Below are positions 1 through 13,336 of a stretch of DNA of 64,000 nucleotides, in pieces. Position 1 is the stretch's first letter. Each line of letters starts with the position of its first letter. The notes under the pieces are model-generated. The model had not been told where the DNA came from. It saw only the letters and a list, made by a program, of their open reading frames with translations, and did no database searches. This DNA is from Eledone cirrhosa (lineage: Eukaryota): the NCBI GenBank assembly GCA_964016885.1, contig OZ024741.1, positions 360,840,001 to 360,904,000 on the forward strand, in the 5' to 3' direction. The translations under genes were made by a program, and so were the position numbers.

Positions 1-129
1 TAGTACCAGTGTTATGTCCCCCAACCCATCAGCAAATGTTTGTTGATATTTATTATTCTCTAAGTCAACAACTCAAATAATAACACACACACATAGATAT
101 ATATATAGTGAGAGTAAGTATAGTGCACT

Positions 130-430
130 ACATACAACTATCTATGAAAGAGAGAACTTAAGACTTTTAATGACCATGAAAATTATTGTGTACAGTGCTC
201 AGGTGCACTACAACTCATCAAAGGTGCATGTATAGTACATATAATAATGTACAAAAGTCAGGAAAGTGAACAGTGTATGAGTCATGATATACACACACAC
301 AGCGTGTGTATGTATGGAGAGGGAATATCAGGCTTAGTGTCGGCGAATTTCAGGAAGTTTTGAAGGATGCAGTGTCCTGACAGCTAACAACCGATGCAGG
401 TAGTTTGTTCCATACTTCAGCAATTCTAAG
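130..430 (-). mobile_element. CR1/L2-group LINE 3' end
   Basis: Minus strand reads LRIAEVWNKLPASVVSCQDTASFK, typical of a CR1-group ORF2 C-terminus. Confidence 0.65.
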
Positions 431-1625
431 TAAAGGTTTTATTGTGGCTAATGGAAAGTTCAATATCTGACAGAGCCTAGTAGTTTCATTACTGACAGGT
501 ACCACAGTATTGTGAAATTTTCACAAATGGAGGTTGTATTTGTAGTGGGTGTGTTTGACTCAGAAGTATGAGGAATGTGTGTAGCGTGATTGATTTTTAT
601 GCAACAAATTATAGCTTTCTCACAAAAGAACTTCCTCTTTGCTTATTACTACACCCACTCAGCTATACACTCTCTAGTGCTTGATCAAACTTAATTGTTC
701 AAACCTATACACACCCACCAAAACACTACCTGCAAATAAAGCAACCACCAAAGATACCCGACTAGACTACACATTCCAAACACCTGACTGTGAGTCAACT
801 CATCCCTTATAAATATAAACCCCATTTCTTAAAATCACAATATCAAAAGACTGTGTCCAAGAATGAAAATACTAGTCCCTGTGAGGTATTGAATGTTTCA
901 GTTAAATGAGATATAGCTTGGCTTTATGCCAGGTAGTGGTACTATTGATGCCCTCTTATTTTACTGGTTTCAGTCACTTGACTATGATTATGCCATGCTC
1001 CTCCTGAAAGGGACTTAGTTGGTCATATCAATCCCAGTACTTATTTTTTCAAGTCTGGTACTTATTTTATCATTGTTTTGTACAGCTAAGTTACAAAACA
1101 TAAACAAACAGTAAACATATATACAAAACCTTCCACACAGTTTCTAAGTACTAACTTTCACTCACAAGGCATTGATCTATCATAGGCTTTATATGAAGAC
1201 ACTTGCTTAAGTTGCCACAGAGTGGGGCTAAATTCAAAACTGTGTGGTTGTGAAATTCCTTTACCATACAGCCATGCTTGCACCTATGTTGATAAATCCA
1301 GACAGTCAACAATATATATATATCAATTGATCAATTTTCACCTTTAATAACCTTTGAATATTTCCTTTGTTGAGTCACCACCACTTTATTAGATCTGAGA
1401 AATTCTCAATATGAAACATTCTACATCAACAAATAGCTGACCTCACTCAAAAACCAGTTTGTAATAAAATTAATTGAAAATCCATATATACTAATATTAT
1501 ACATGCATCAAAGTAGTGCAACACATGTACAGTGGTGTTGTCAGTAAAACGAGAGTATCTAATGAGTTTAGTGAGGAATTATGCAGGTAGATATCCATCA
1601 GGGTTCAGGCATCAGCCCACTTCAT

Positions 1626-2516
1626 CAGGGCCTGATTTAATGCAGAACAAAGGAGGCAATTGCCCCAGTGGTCTCGGACTGTGACAACCCGTCCAATACA
1701 TGCCAGGGTGGAAATCATCATCATCATCAACATCATCTTCATCATTTTACGTCCGCTTTTCCCTGCTTGCAAAGGTGGGACGGGTCTTATTCAGCACAGC
1801 ATCTCTCCACTTGTCACGGTCCTTCGTCATCTCCACCGTGAGCTTCAGCAATCTGAGGTCTGTTCTCACCACCTCCGCCCATGTTTTTCGTGGTCTACTT
1901 ATACCACGTCTTCCTTCAACTGGCATTTCCTGTCACTTCTTCACCCATCGGTCATCCTCCATGTGCATCACATGTCCATACCACCACAGTCTCCTCTCTC
2001 GCACACTACATTCTATCCCTCTCAACACATCCATGCTGGGTCGTTCACACATATTGACATTGCACATCCAACGGAGCATGCTTGCCTCATTTCTCTCCAT
2101 CCGTCGCATATCCTCTGCATACGTATTTCTCCCTACCTGTTAGTTTGCCTGCTATCCCGCTACATCTCTTGTGTACCCAGGATCTGCATTGTGTGCATTT
2201 TATAGAATTTATGCCAGTTCCTTTTCTGCATATCGAACATGGCCATTTCCCTGATGGAATCAGAGTTTTGTCCTCTTTTCTACTCATCAACACTTTTGTC
2301 TTAGCTAGGTTCACTCTCAGTCCTCTTGCTTCCAAGTGGACGTAAAATGATGATGGTTAGATTTTTTTAATTTAGTACCTGTATGCATAACTTTTCAATT
2401 CCATTTACTAGCATCAAGTTGACTTTGGTATGTAAAAGTGCTGTGTATTCTAATTTTTTGTGGGGCTTCCCAAACCTGAAGTGCCCCGAGTCTCACAAGG
2501 TCTAAATCCAGCCCTG
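1626..2516. mobile_element. Non-autonomous hAT-like element (with nested RTE)
   Basis: TIRs CAGGGCCTGATTTA / TAAATCCAGCCCTG. 8-bp target duplication cacttcat (1618-1625) / cactccat (2517-2524). Confidence 0.65.
1714..2335 (-). mobile_element. RTE LINE 3' fragment with (ATG)n tail
   Basis: ORF 2087-2335 (GLRVNLAKTKV...WPCSICRKG), LWWYGHVM and a (CAT)n tail on +. Near-identical to 37270-37620. Confidence 0.85.
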
Positions 2517-3559
2517 CACTCCATAATAGAGGAGTTTAAAACTGGTATCCATGGAAACTTCTATATGCTGACGACCTGGTTCTTGTAACCAAATCATTAG
2601 AAAAGCTAGAGATGAAATTCTAGCTTTAGAAACAGAAATTAGAATAAAAATAGCTTAGAGTAAACATGAGGAAAACCCAATTTCTGGTAGGAAAGAAGTC
2701 AGGACACTGATCTCATCAGGGATGTGGCCTTGCTCAACTTGTAGAAAAGGAGTAGGTAGAAACTGTATATGATGTACACAATGTATATCTTGGGTACACA
2801 TGAGGGGTGGTGGTAGAGCAGAAAGACTAACAGGAAAGACTTCAAATGTAGCCAATGCACAGAGACAGTTAGTAGTGAAATAAACTTTTTTTCCAATCCT
2901 AGGAAGGATCCAAAGAAGTAGTTGATAGCTTCTGTTAACTAAGTGATCTAATTAGCAGGATATAAAAATTTCAGGGAGATACTATCTCTGTTGACAACAA
3001 CAGGTTTCTCTCTACAAGATGCCTGTGTGCAATGTGCAATGTTGTATGGTAGTGAGACATGGGCAGTGAATGCAGACGATAATCAAAAGCTGGAGGTAAA
3101 TGAAGTAAGAATACTTTGATGGATATGTTAATATATGTGCAAGACAAAGGATAGATGTGCTGAGAGAAAAGCTCTGAATATAAGGAGAATCAGGTGTGTG
3201 TATATCTACACACACACACACACACACATTGAGAGAGAGAGAACAGCAGAAATTTATTTAAATGTGGCATCCACCCATAGAAACGATGCCAGTTTAGTCA
3301 AGACATAGTTCACTGTGATAACTTGTCCAACCCTAGCATGTATGTATAATGCACCCAACTTCCTGTGTAAAGTGGTTGGTATCAGGATGATCATCCATCT
3401 ATAAAAACTATTACATAATTGGAATGTCCAAGTGAGATGTGTCATCTAACCTGTTTAGGAATGCAGTAATTTTTAATAACTAACTCAGACCATGGTGGTC
3501 TATGTAACCCATGCCAACAGAGAAAAACAAAATGATGATAATGAGAAATATATTGAATT

Positions 3560-4800
3560 TTTGGAAACCAAGTATTCATGGCTCTGCTAAAACTATTCCA
3601 AAAATATTCCCTCTCAGTTCTGGCAATCGAGCACAGACAATATACGGTTTGAGAAGACTCTCCATTCTGAACGAGCCTGCAACAACTTCTCTGGTGCTGA
3701 TGCCATGATAAAATATACCCAAAACACCTTGTACAGTGTTAATGTTGGTGCCATGAAAAATGCAGCCAGTACACTCTGTAAAGTAGTAGTGTTGGTTCCA
3801 TAATAAAAATGATACCCAGTAGATTCTGTAGAGTTGTAGTGGTAGTGCTCTGATAAAATATACCCAGTACATTCTGTAGAGTTGTAGTGGTAGTGCTCTG
3901 AGAAAATATACCCAGAACACTCTGTAAATCGGTAGTAGTGGTTCCACAATAAAAGTAAAAGCATCCAGCATACTCTGTAAAGTGGTAGTGGTGTTGCTAT
4001 AATAAAACATACCCAGTGTACTCTATAAATTGTTAGTGGTAATGATATGCTAAAACCCAGTCAGTACATTCTGTAAAGTGATAGTGCCACAATAAAACAC
4101 ACCCAGTACACTCTGTAAAATGGTAGTTGTGGTGCTATGATAAAACACATCCAGTACACTGTAAAGTGATAATAGTGGTGCTATGATAACACATCCAGTA
4201 CACTCTGTAAAGTGGTAGTGGTGGTGCCACAATAAAATGCATCCAGTACACTCTGTAAAGAGATAGTGGTGGTGCCACAATAAAATGCATCCCATACAGT
4301 CTGTTAAATGGTAATAGTGATATCACAATAAAACACACCCAGTACACTCTGTAAAGTGGTTGTGGTGTTGTTGACAAAACATACACAATAAACGCTGTAA
4401 ATTACTCATAGTTGTGCTACAATAAAACACAACCAATACACTCTGTTAAGTGGTAACGGTGGTGCTATGATAAACACACACCCAGTACACTCTGTAAAAT
4501 GGTAGTGGTGCTGTCACGAAAAAAAACGCACCCTAAAGAATCTGAACACTTCCATCTCAGAATATTTGTTATTGAGTTTCAAGAGAACAACTAACTCAAA
4601 GTGTCTGCAGTCAGTAAATGGAGCTTTCTATGCAACTTTTAAAGAAACTACACAAAAATGAACTTTAATAAGCAATGACAATGAATGGGTTAGATGTATG
4701 GTCGAGGTGTATGGCTGGTCCTGTTATGACAGCTAAACTCCAAAAGCTCTCCCTCTCTCTCATTGCTGAGACATTGCTCTTATGGTTGTTGTTCTGCCTA
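3560..4800 (+). mobile_element. Helitron RepHel fragment, split by an insertion of about 910 bp
   Basis: WKPSIHGSAKTIPKIFPLS (3562-3618) continues as PKESEHFHLRI/LLLSFKRTTNSKCLQSVNGAFYATFKE...NDNEWVRCMVE (4532-4710). This resembles the Helitron ERYYLRLLL...TVNG..Y.TF.EAC..DDNEW block. Confidence 0.6.
3700..4530 (+). repeat. Minisatellite, unit about 43-45 bp (ataaaacacacccagtacactctgtaaagtggtagtggtggtgc)
   Basis: About 19 diverged copies. The unit also occurs in RTE-type 3' tails elsewhere in the window. Confidence 0.9.
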
Positions 4801-4891
4801 ATTGCATATCTTCTTCCACCTCTTAACCCTTTTCATATCAAACCACTTGAAGATACAAAAGCTGTTTGTTTTATGAAACAACTTTCATTAA

Positions 4892-5107
4892 CCCTTTAGC
4901 ATTTACATAATTCTATATACTATCATATTTTCATAGTAAAGGCTTTACCTCACATAATTATCTTACATAATATTGAATCTATGAGATTTTGATATTTATT
5001 TTGAGAACAATACCTTAACGTCAGTATGAATGGCCGGCTACGGCTAGTTTGAACGGAAAAAGATAAGAAAATTCTGGCTGGATATGGCCGGTTTAAATGC
5101 TAAAGGG
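4892..5107. mobile_element. TTAA-flanked MITE family A (piggyBac-like), copy 1
   Basis: TIR CCCTTTAGCATTTA...TAAATGCTAAAGGG. Four copies in the window. Confidence 0.75.
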
Positions 5108-5244
5108 TCAAGTTATACTCCAAACATCCAATTGACCTGTTTATTGCCAAGTTTCTATTGGCATTCACTGAATTTGATTTAAAGAATTCAAAGATATTTA
5201 CTAAAATTATTTATTATTAAAGTGATATTTCATTATTAAGATTA

Positions 5245-5452
5245 GGGTGGTGAATTGGCAGTATCGGTAGAGCGTTAGACAACATACTTTGCAGATTATA
5301 GTTATAACGTCCCTTTACGTTCAAATCTCTCAGAGGTTAGCTTTGCCTTTCATGTTTACGAGGTTGATAAAATAAAATACCAGTAATGCACTGGGGTAAA
5401 TTTAATCAACTCTCCCAAAATTGTTGGCTTTGTTCCTAAATCAGAAACCATT
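5245..5452 (+). mobile_element. tRNA-derived SINE with Meta-like core (other copies near 9195-9420 -, 36735-36912 -, 50555-50680 -, 54500-54660, 57083-57235, 57890-58110, 58700-58880, 59415-59605)
   Basis: A-box-like TGGCAG..TCGGTAGAGC, B-box GTTCAAATC, and core CTTTGCCTTTCATCC..GGGGTCGATAAAATAAAGTACCAG, repeated many times. Confidence 0.75.
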
Positions 5453-6874
5453 ATTCATTTCATTAATGTATTTCTAATGAAATACACTGTTTGAATTAAT
5501 GATTGAACAATTTAGAGAGAATTACTAAAGTTATTTCATTAAGATGGTAAATATAACATAACTTTAAAATATTCTCATATATAGTGTTGGAAGATGAATA
5601 AAAATCCTTTTAAAAGAGCAGTTTTATTGTGTTTTGTGTGTTTTTTGGTTTTTTGATCCAGAGGCAATTTGGTATCAAAAGGGTTGATTTAAATAGGAAC
5701 CCTTTAAATTAGATAGTTTTGCTTTATAGAACCAGAGGCGTTTTGGGACAGGTTGGTATAAAAAGGGTTAATAATGAGAAAGTTAATGTTTTTACTAAGT
5801 TCTTTCAAAATCCTTATTTTCAAACTTTATTGACAATCATAGGTCATATCTTTCATTATAAATATGGTAATAAAAAGATTAAGGTAACTAATCAAGGGAT
5901 TCATATTTCCACTCATTCTCATCTTTTCACTGTGGTTGCCCCGTATCTTTCTTCAAACATCTGTCTTGTTTCCCTGATGGCTATAATTCTTTTAGTCTTT
6001 AACTGTTTTCAGCCATTAAATTGTGGCCATGCTAGGTCATTGCTTTGGTATTTTTTTATTTTTAGTAATTATTAAAATTTACACAAGTCTCTGTAAGGGC
6101 AGAATTACAGACCACATCCCAAAATTATTGGTCATACTTAACTTCTGTAAGTGCTGAATTCCATTATCTGAGATTTCATAACATGGGTAATGCTGGTGTA
6201 ATGATAAAATGCATTCAGTATACTCTGTGAAGTGGTTGGCATTGGGAAGGGCATCCAGCCATGAAATATACAGCCATACTGGCATGTATATATTATGCAC
6301 CCAGTACATTCTGTTGAGTAGTTGATGAATGAGTAGAGACCACATAGTGTTGAGAAGAGACTTTAGTCCTGCTAAACCTCTCTCTAGTTCTGGTTCCATA
6401 ATAAAATGTACCCAGTTCACATAGTAAAGTAGTTGGCATTGGGAAGGGTAACCAGCGATGGAAACCAAGCCAAATATAAAACATAAGAGTGAAGATATGG
6501 TTTCCTGTAATGACCCATCCAAACTATGCCAATATGGAAAGTGGACATACAAGTATGATGATGATATTATAATCTTAATTATTTTAAATCTTCTGCTGGT
6601 CATTTTCTGGTTTCAAGGCCAGTATCTCATTTGATTCTCTTTCATATCACCCTCACACACTCTTTTGTAACTCCCAACGAATTAAGTAGCCACTTGGGGC
6701 CTGATGTATTGATGGTTACTTGCTGCCTTGTTAGGACTCACTTCTAATAAAATGAAAAATGTTGGAAAATGACTATGCTAAATATGCAGAAAAGAAGTCC
6801 GTAGAAAAACTGTGTGCCCAATGTAAATTATGGTGCACAAGAGATGCAGTAGGATCATATAAAAATCTTATCAA

Positions 6875-7100
6875 CCCTTTCATTATCATATTTCTAATGA
6901 AAGACAGTGCCTATATGATTTTTAAAATAATCAAGAATCTGGAAGGATTTAGTAATAAATAAACTTTCTCATTATTCAGCTAGTGTTGGAACATAATGAT
7001 TCTAACATAAAATTATAAAGGATGGTTTTAGATAAATAAAAACACTTTAAAATAAACAGTTTTGGATAGTAGAACCAGGGACAGTTTGGTATCGAAAGGA
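6875..7100. mobile_element. TTAA-type MITE family B (related copies near 10748-10947, 39392-39657, 47712-47950, 49915-50414)
   Basis: Ends like ttaaCCCTTTTCAT...GGTATCAAAAGGGttaa with a shared AT-rich interior. Confidence 0.55.
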
Positions 7101-7923
7101 TTAAAACATGTGATGGTTTATATTGTCTTGGAATTTCTCATCCCAAATTATTTCCTGTACGAGAAGTCTAAGTCTGTGAAAGCATATTTAGTGTCCTTGT
7201 CACAAATATTTTTAGATAATTATATCAGGTTTATTAAAGTCGGTCACAGTTTAGTTGTACCTAAGAATGTTAACAACTGGAGAGACATTTAGTTTGAACA
7301 GCAACAACAATAACTACTACTACTACTACTACTACTAGTGGTAGTAGTCATCGCCGTAGTAGTAACGATACTGTACTGCGTTAGTATAACAGTATAACAC
7401 CAATTAACATATGTTTGGCAATTTTCTCTACCTCTCTTCTATTGCTAGAGCAGCAGAAATGATTGAAGTGACTCACATCTAGCTTGATACATACACTTGT
7501 TGAGAGGAATTTAAATGAACAAGATGCCTTTAAATAAACAAATAAATAAAGAGAATGAAATATAGAGATGATACTGCAGGAATATAAATGTGTATCATAC
7601 TGAATAGATACATATCATCATTATTTTATGTCCGCATTCCATGCTTGCATGGATTAGACAGGTTGTCACAGTCTAATTCAGTTCCTATTTGGAGTTATTG
7701 CTTTCCTAGATGGGTTGGAAGACATTTGACTTGTACATTCCATTTCTGATACGGTTTCTACAGTAGGATGCCCTTTCTAACACTATGTACTCTCGCTTTA
7801 AAGAGTTATTGGTGCTTTTTGTTATAGCACCACCATTAAAGTGGTTGATATGTACTCAGCAGAACTAAAATGTCCTATTTACCCTGTATTGTGTCTGTTT
7901 AATTGCCAACCACTTTACAGAGT

Positions 7924-8190
7924 GGAGGCGTGTGGTCTAGAGGTAAGGGTGTTGGACTTACAATCATAATGCCATGGGTTTGATTCCTGGGCTGGGTTGC
8001 ATGTTGTGTTCTTAAGCAAAACACTTTATTTCACATGACTCTAGTATACTCAGCTGAAAATGAGTACCAGCAATAGCTAGGGATTTAACCCTGCAATGGA
8101 CTGGCATCCTGTTTAGGGGGAAGTCTTGTACTCTCAGTTGCTTCATGCCATGAATCTGGGATAAGCACCAGCCTTAAATGGCTTAAGACA
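7924..8190 (+). mobile_element. tRNA-derived SINE with CORE-like domain (other copies near 11297-11550, 34940-35270 -, 43320-43890, 44817-45155, 49560-49690 -)
   Basis: A box TGGTCTAGAGG, B box GGTTTGATTCC, then GTGTTCTT.AGCAAAACACTT. Confidence 0.75.
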
Positions 8191-8739
8191 GACATTAGAC
8201 TTACAGAGTGTACTGGATGAATTATATCAGGTCACCAGCCTTCTATCATCCAAGATTAAAGAGTACTCTCTGATGTACATTGTCTCCATTCTTTCAAGGT
8301 AATGTCACCACAACAAAAGAAAGGGATTAGAGTATGATGGGAGAAACAGGGTGAAGAGAAGAATAATGGCAGAGAGAGGGAGGGAGAGGGGAATGGTAGG
8401 TACATGTTTACAAGTGAGAAACAAAGCAAGTGATGGCTAATAATACAGATGAGTGATGATGAGAGAGAATGACAAATGTCAATAAGAGGTGGTCTTAAGG
8501 AAAGGATGCACAATAAGGGATGCTGGTAGGATGTATTAGGATTAAACTGATTTGATACAATCCCTCATATATACCCCTCGTGATGGGAAAGACTAGACTA
8601 ATATGGTTAATGGCATGTGGGATGGGGTAAAGACAGAGCCACAGGGTTTAGGACAGACTTTAACTTTTAACTCACTGAAGTGGGAGCAGGCAGTTCACAA
8701 CTTTATACAGATTGACTGCTAATAGACCAATACTGCTGA

Positions 8740-9510
8740 ATGAGCTCCTTTTTCTTTTACAAACTCTCTAAGACTGGATATATTGATGTTGTTGATACAA
8801 TGTTTAAATTGTTATAGGTTCACTCCTTTTGGAAAGACATGTGAAAAGAGATAGTTCCAGATTGATGTTCTAGGCAAGAAAGATTGGGAATCATGGAGAA
8901 AGTGAACACAACATGGATGATGAGCAGAAGAGAGACAAGTAACTCAGGTGGTCCTGTGTGGAGGTAACAAGAATTCAGAAGCTTCATGGAACAGAGGCTT
9001 GGTGTTACTCTATCTAGGAATATGGTAAGCAAATTCCTTCAAGATGGAGTAACTGGAAAAGCAAAAATGAAACAAAACACAAGAGTCCAAAATAGTCATT
9101 GAGGTCACAGAATGTTTGATGAAAGAGATTTGACAATTAAAATACCATGTGATTGCAAAACCAACAAATAAATAGATTAATTACCTGACTAATAATGATT
9201 TCTAATTTAGGCACAAGGCCAACAATTTGTGGGGAGAGGAAAGATAATTACATCGACCCCAGTACCCCAGTATGTGACTGGTACTTTATTTTATTGACCC
9301 CAAAAAGATGAAAGGTCAAGTTGACTGTAACAGTTTGAACTCAGAATGTAAAGGGCTGTTACTAAATGCAGCAAAGCCTTTTGTCCTACACTGCAGTGAT
9401 TCTGCCAATCCACTGCCCTAGTTACTTGACTAGTAATAATAAAAACCAAAGTGAAATTCAACTGGTGCATGTGTTTTTATTGGTATCATGACTCTCCCAA
9501 AGTATAACTA
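8740..9510 (-). mobile_element. CR1-group LINE 3' fragment interrupted by a SINE (related piece at 21750-21885)
   Basis: Minus strand reads SFLPRTSIWNYLFSHVFPKGVNL*QFK, similar to a CR1-group C-terminus. Confidence 0.55.
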
Positions 9511-9544
9511 TACATATATACATATATATTTATATATATATGCA

Positions 9545-9593
<49 letters not shown>

Positions 9594-9639
9594 CATCGTC
9601 ATCATCATTTTACGTTCGTTGTTCTACCTTTGCATATGC

Positions 9640-11795
9640 ATAGTTCAATAATTACTGCTCATTTGCTAAGTCTACTTCACTATAGCCTAATTCATATCCA
9701 ATGGCAACACTTCTAACAACAACAACTGTGGCTATTTGCTGGCTAACCACAACAAAATCATTTGTGCAATGACGCAAAAGTTCTTTGCATACAGCTCTCA
9801 GGTTGCTTGATATCACTCACAGCCACAACTCTCAAATATTTTTAACTGCATTCTTTATGTTGAATTTCTTCCAAAACTTGACTAATGAAATTGGGTTATC
9901 ATTCATAGTATCTTGTATTGCTTGTTCAGAAGTGATTTATAGATAATTGGTTTTCAATGTTGCAATAACCCCCCCCCCCCCCCCTTCCCCCAACACACAC
10001 ACATACAAAATACACAGGTTGCAAAATGGATGTCATATTAGGAGATAAGAACCCAATTTTAACCCAAATCATCCATCTCAGGAGGATGACCGGGAACATC
10101 AAAAGCAACTTTAAAGCTGAGATTATTTTGTTCGCAATATCTTTTTACCCCCTGGAAAGTGGTTCATGGACCAAATAAGACAACATAGGGTAGAGAGAAG
10201 ACCCTTCTCTAGTGTTTGTGCCACAATAAAATGTACCCAGTACAGTCTGTAAACTGGTCACCAAGTACATGACAAATCTCTCTAGTGTTGGTGTCAAGAT
10301 AAAATGTACCCTGTACACTCTGCATAGTGGTTAGTGTTTGAAAGGGCATTCAGCCATGGAAACCAAACCAAAATATGGAACTTATGAGCAAGACTTGTCT
10401 TGGACCATGATGACTTGTCCAACCTATACCAGAATAATGATAGTGAAAATGAGAGACACAAATAGATTTAGAACCCATCTTCAAGAAATTGATCTTGTTA
10501 CTCATATTTTCTAATTTGTGTACCAGATGACTGCTAATGCTTTCTGTCTGTACTCTCTGAGAGCTTTAGGATTTTGTGTATGGTTTACAATCATCGGTTT
10601 TAGTTTAAAATCGCGTTCAACTTTCCCTCTCATTAAAATCAGGGTTCGGTCTTTTGATGCTTTATAACCAGAAAGTTTTTTCTTCTTTTGTAAGGAATGA
10701 TTTTGTAGGCATATGCTTATAAAATAAAGCAATTTTGTCAATAATAACCCTTTTATTATCATATTTCTAAAAGACACCACCTATGATTTTGAAAACACTG
10801 AAGAATTTGAAAGAATTTAGTAATGTAACTAAGTTTCACATTATCAAGCTGCTGTGTGATGGACAGATAACTATAAATACTTTTAAATTATCAGCTTAGT
10901 ATCATAAAATCAGGGACAGTTTCAGACAGTTTGGTCTCAAAAGAGCTAAATATCAGCCTATAATTATAATTTTCTTCTTCTGAAAGAAATTCTCGTTAAT
11001 ATGTTGTTGTTTTTTTGGCAACATTTTGAACAGCATTCACAGGTTTATCGTTAATTCTAATATTGTGCAATCCCCTATACTTTTTCAACCATTCAAACAT
11101 GCCAGAGCTACCAATAAAATCCTTTTCATCTACCACTTTATTGTGTCATTTCTAAGTGGAGAATAGATTTAAAGTGTTTCGTTTAATGGTGTAAGTACTA
11201 AGTAGAATGAGGTTGTTGTTGTAAACTTGGATTCATATTAGTACCAAGCATTCCATTTCAATAATTTTCTCACTTTGATTTCAAGTACATTGTACTGCAG
11301 TGGCCTAGTCGTAAGGGTGTTGGACTTATGATCGTAATGTTGTGGGTTCAATTCCTGGGCTGGGTCGATTGCTGTGCCCTCGAGCAAAAACACTTCATTT
11401 CATGTTGCTCCAGTATACTCAGCTGAAAATGAGTACCAGCAAAAGCTGGGCATTTAACCCTGCAATGGACTAGCGTCCTGTCCAGAGAGGGAGTCTTGTA
11501 CTTTCAGTCGCTTCAAGCCATGAAACAGGGATAAGCACCGGCTCAACACACTGCGTGCAGTGCAGGAGGGCATGTATGCATGTACTGAAGTTGAAGACAA
11601 AGCTATCTGTCCTTTCTTATAATTATCAGCTTATCTTAAAATGGTTTGTATTTTTGCTCCATTCATTTGAAAAGAGTTCCCAAACTATTGTCTTTCTTAC
11701 ACCGCTTTCATATTTTTTTTTTTATTATTTCAAACTTTTGCTCTAAAGAAATAATTTTACACATTTTTTTTAGGACTGGCATTCTCACATTCATT
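9640..11795 (-). mobile_element. Decayed Tigger/pogo (CENP-B-like DDE) transposase, fragmented by younger inserts
   Basis: Collinear pieces on the minus strand: KIISLEQKFEIIKK (HTH, ~11750), DFIGSSGMFEWLKKYRGLHNI (~11100), GYKASKDR...DFKLKPMIV..NPKAL (~10600), DVPGHP..FLSPNMTSILQP (~10050), KFWKKFNIKNAVKNI (~9860). Confidence 0.8.
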
Positions 11796-12159
11796 GTTTC
11801 TCCTATCCATTATCTAATAGCTCAAAATACTTTACAAAACTTGCAACAAAAGGATGTGATATACAGAGGAGTGGAGAATAATATAACAGTCTCTCACTGC
11901 AGCTGAAGGTTAACTGATCATGTAAATGGCTTGAGTTGCAAGGCCCAGCATGTGGCTTCTCCCTCCATGGATCAATCAACTGGCTGGTTGATGTTATGCT
12001 GTTCACTCACTATTTTTCCATGCTAGCATGGGTCAGACGAGTCAAATCAGATAACTGTGTCTTGCTCATACACAGCCATTTCTGGCTTGGTTTCTACGGT
12101 TGGATGTCCTTCCTAACGCCAACCACATTTACAATGTGGACTGGGTATTTTATATTGTG

Positions 12160-12540
12160 GCACTAAAACAACCACTTTACAGTGTCAACTGAGCGTTTTT
12201 TGTCCCATCACCAACATAACCATTTTACAAGGTGAACTGGATGTTTATTGTCACGTTGCTAACATGACCACTTTACAAGGTGAACTGGATACTTTTTGTC
12301 GTGCCACCAACATGACCACTTTACACGAGAGACTGGGTACTTTTTGACGTGTCACCAATATGACCACCTTACAAAGGGGACTGGGTGTTTATTTGTCATG
12401 TCACTGACACAACCACCTTACAGAGTTGATTAAGTGTTCCTTTATCATGTGACCAGCATGAGTAGCTTACACAGTGGACTAGGGGGTTTTGATGTGTCAC
12501 CAGTATGACCACCTTACAGGGTGGACTGGGAGCTTTTAGC
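12160..12540 (-). repeat. About 41-bp tandem repeat in an RTE-type 3' tail
   Basis: Repeated accactttacaag(g)tgaactggg...tgtc..cacca units. RTE fragment adjacent at 12740-13100 (-). Confidence 0.8.
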
Positions 12541-13336
12541 CATTAAGCAGCATTGTGAGGGAGTGTGTCCAGGTATCTATACTTGTATGCATGGATTGAA
12601 CAAGAGAGGTGTATCAAATGTGGAAAGTGGAGGGGATGCATGTATGTAGGGTGGAGAGGTAGGTCTAAGGAGGGGTACTTAGCTGGTAATGGGTGGAATA
12701 TTAAGATATGGGAGGTGTATAGAAGGAGGATGGGGAGAAGTGGTGCATACTAGTGACACACATGGGAAGGTGAGTCTTCTGCAGTACTGCATAATGCCAG
12801 ATAAATCAATCTTGTGTCATCATCTTTGAGCGGTGCAATAGTGTGAAGTCAGCTCTTATCACCTCATCCCAAGTATTCCTAGGCCTTCCATCAACTTTGA
12901 GCACTCTGCACCTTTTTATATAGCTGTCATCCTTCATACACATCACATGTCCATTCCAACACAATCTCCTCTCCTGCACACTATCGGATCCCTCTTATAC
13001 CCAGTTCCTCTCTCAGTTCATTTATGCTTTGCCGTTCCTATATATTACTATTACACATACATCGAAACATGCAAACTTCATTTCTTTCCAGTCTTTGTAA
13101 TATATATATAAAAATAAGCAGGCTCAAACTAAATGTTCCACCATATATATAAACTTTATTGGCATATTACAATTATTTCAATATCAATCAGTTCAGGGTA
13201 CAATCATAATGACTGGGGGCCCAACTCTGCCTCAACATCTCATCAGATATGCGAGTTTATATGTGCAAAACCACATTCAAAATTTGAATGGTTATACATA
13301 CACACACAACATATATATATATATATATATATATAG

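Larger units (their letters stand above)
860..3200 (+). mobile_element. Decayed RTE LINE RT, interrupted by nested insertions
   Basis: RT motifs are visible in pieces: HQGS..SPL near 1600, LLYADDL near 2560 and WPCSTCRKGVG near 2725. Confidence 0.7.

Noticed and set aside
1660-2205. 181-aa and similar + strand ORFs (also 14082-14792, 37200-37745)
   Set aside because: Antisense frames of RTE LINE coding sequence.
3576-4386. ORFs with repeated HYHFTECTG-like peptides
   Set aside because: By-products of the minisatellite of about 44 bp.
7924-8000. tRNA gene-like A and B boxes (also at other SINE heads)
   Set aside because: No full cloverleaf, and each continues into a repeated SINE body.
8700-9055. 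Strong-looking minus-strand splice acceptor and 70-aa ORF
   Set aside because: All three frames stop soon after the AG, and the sequence reads as a CR1-group LINE C-terminus.
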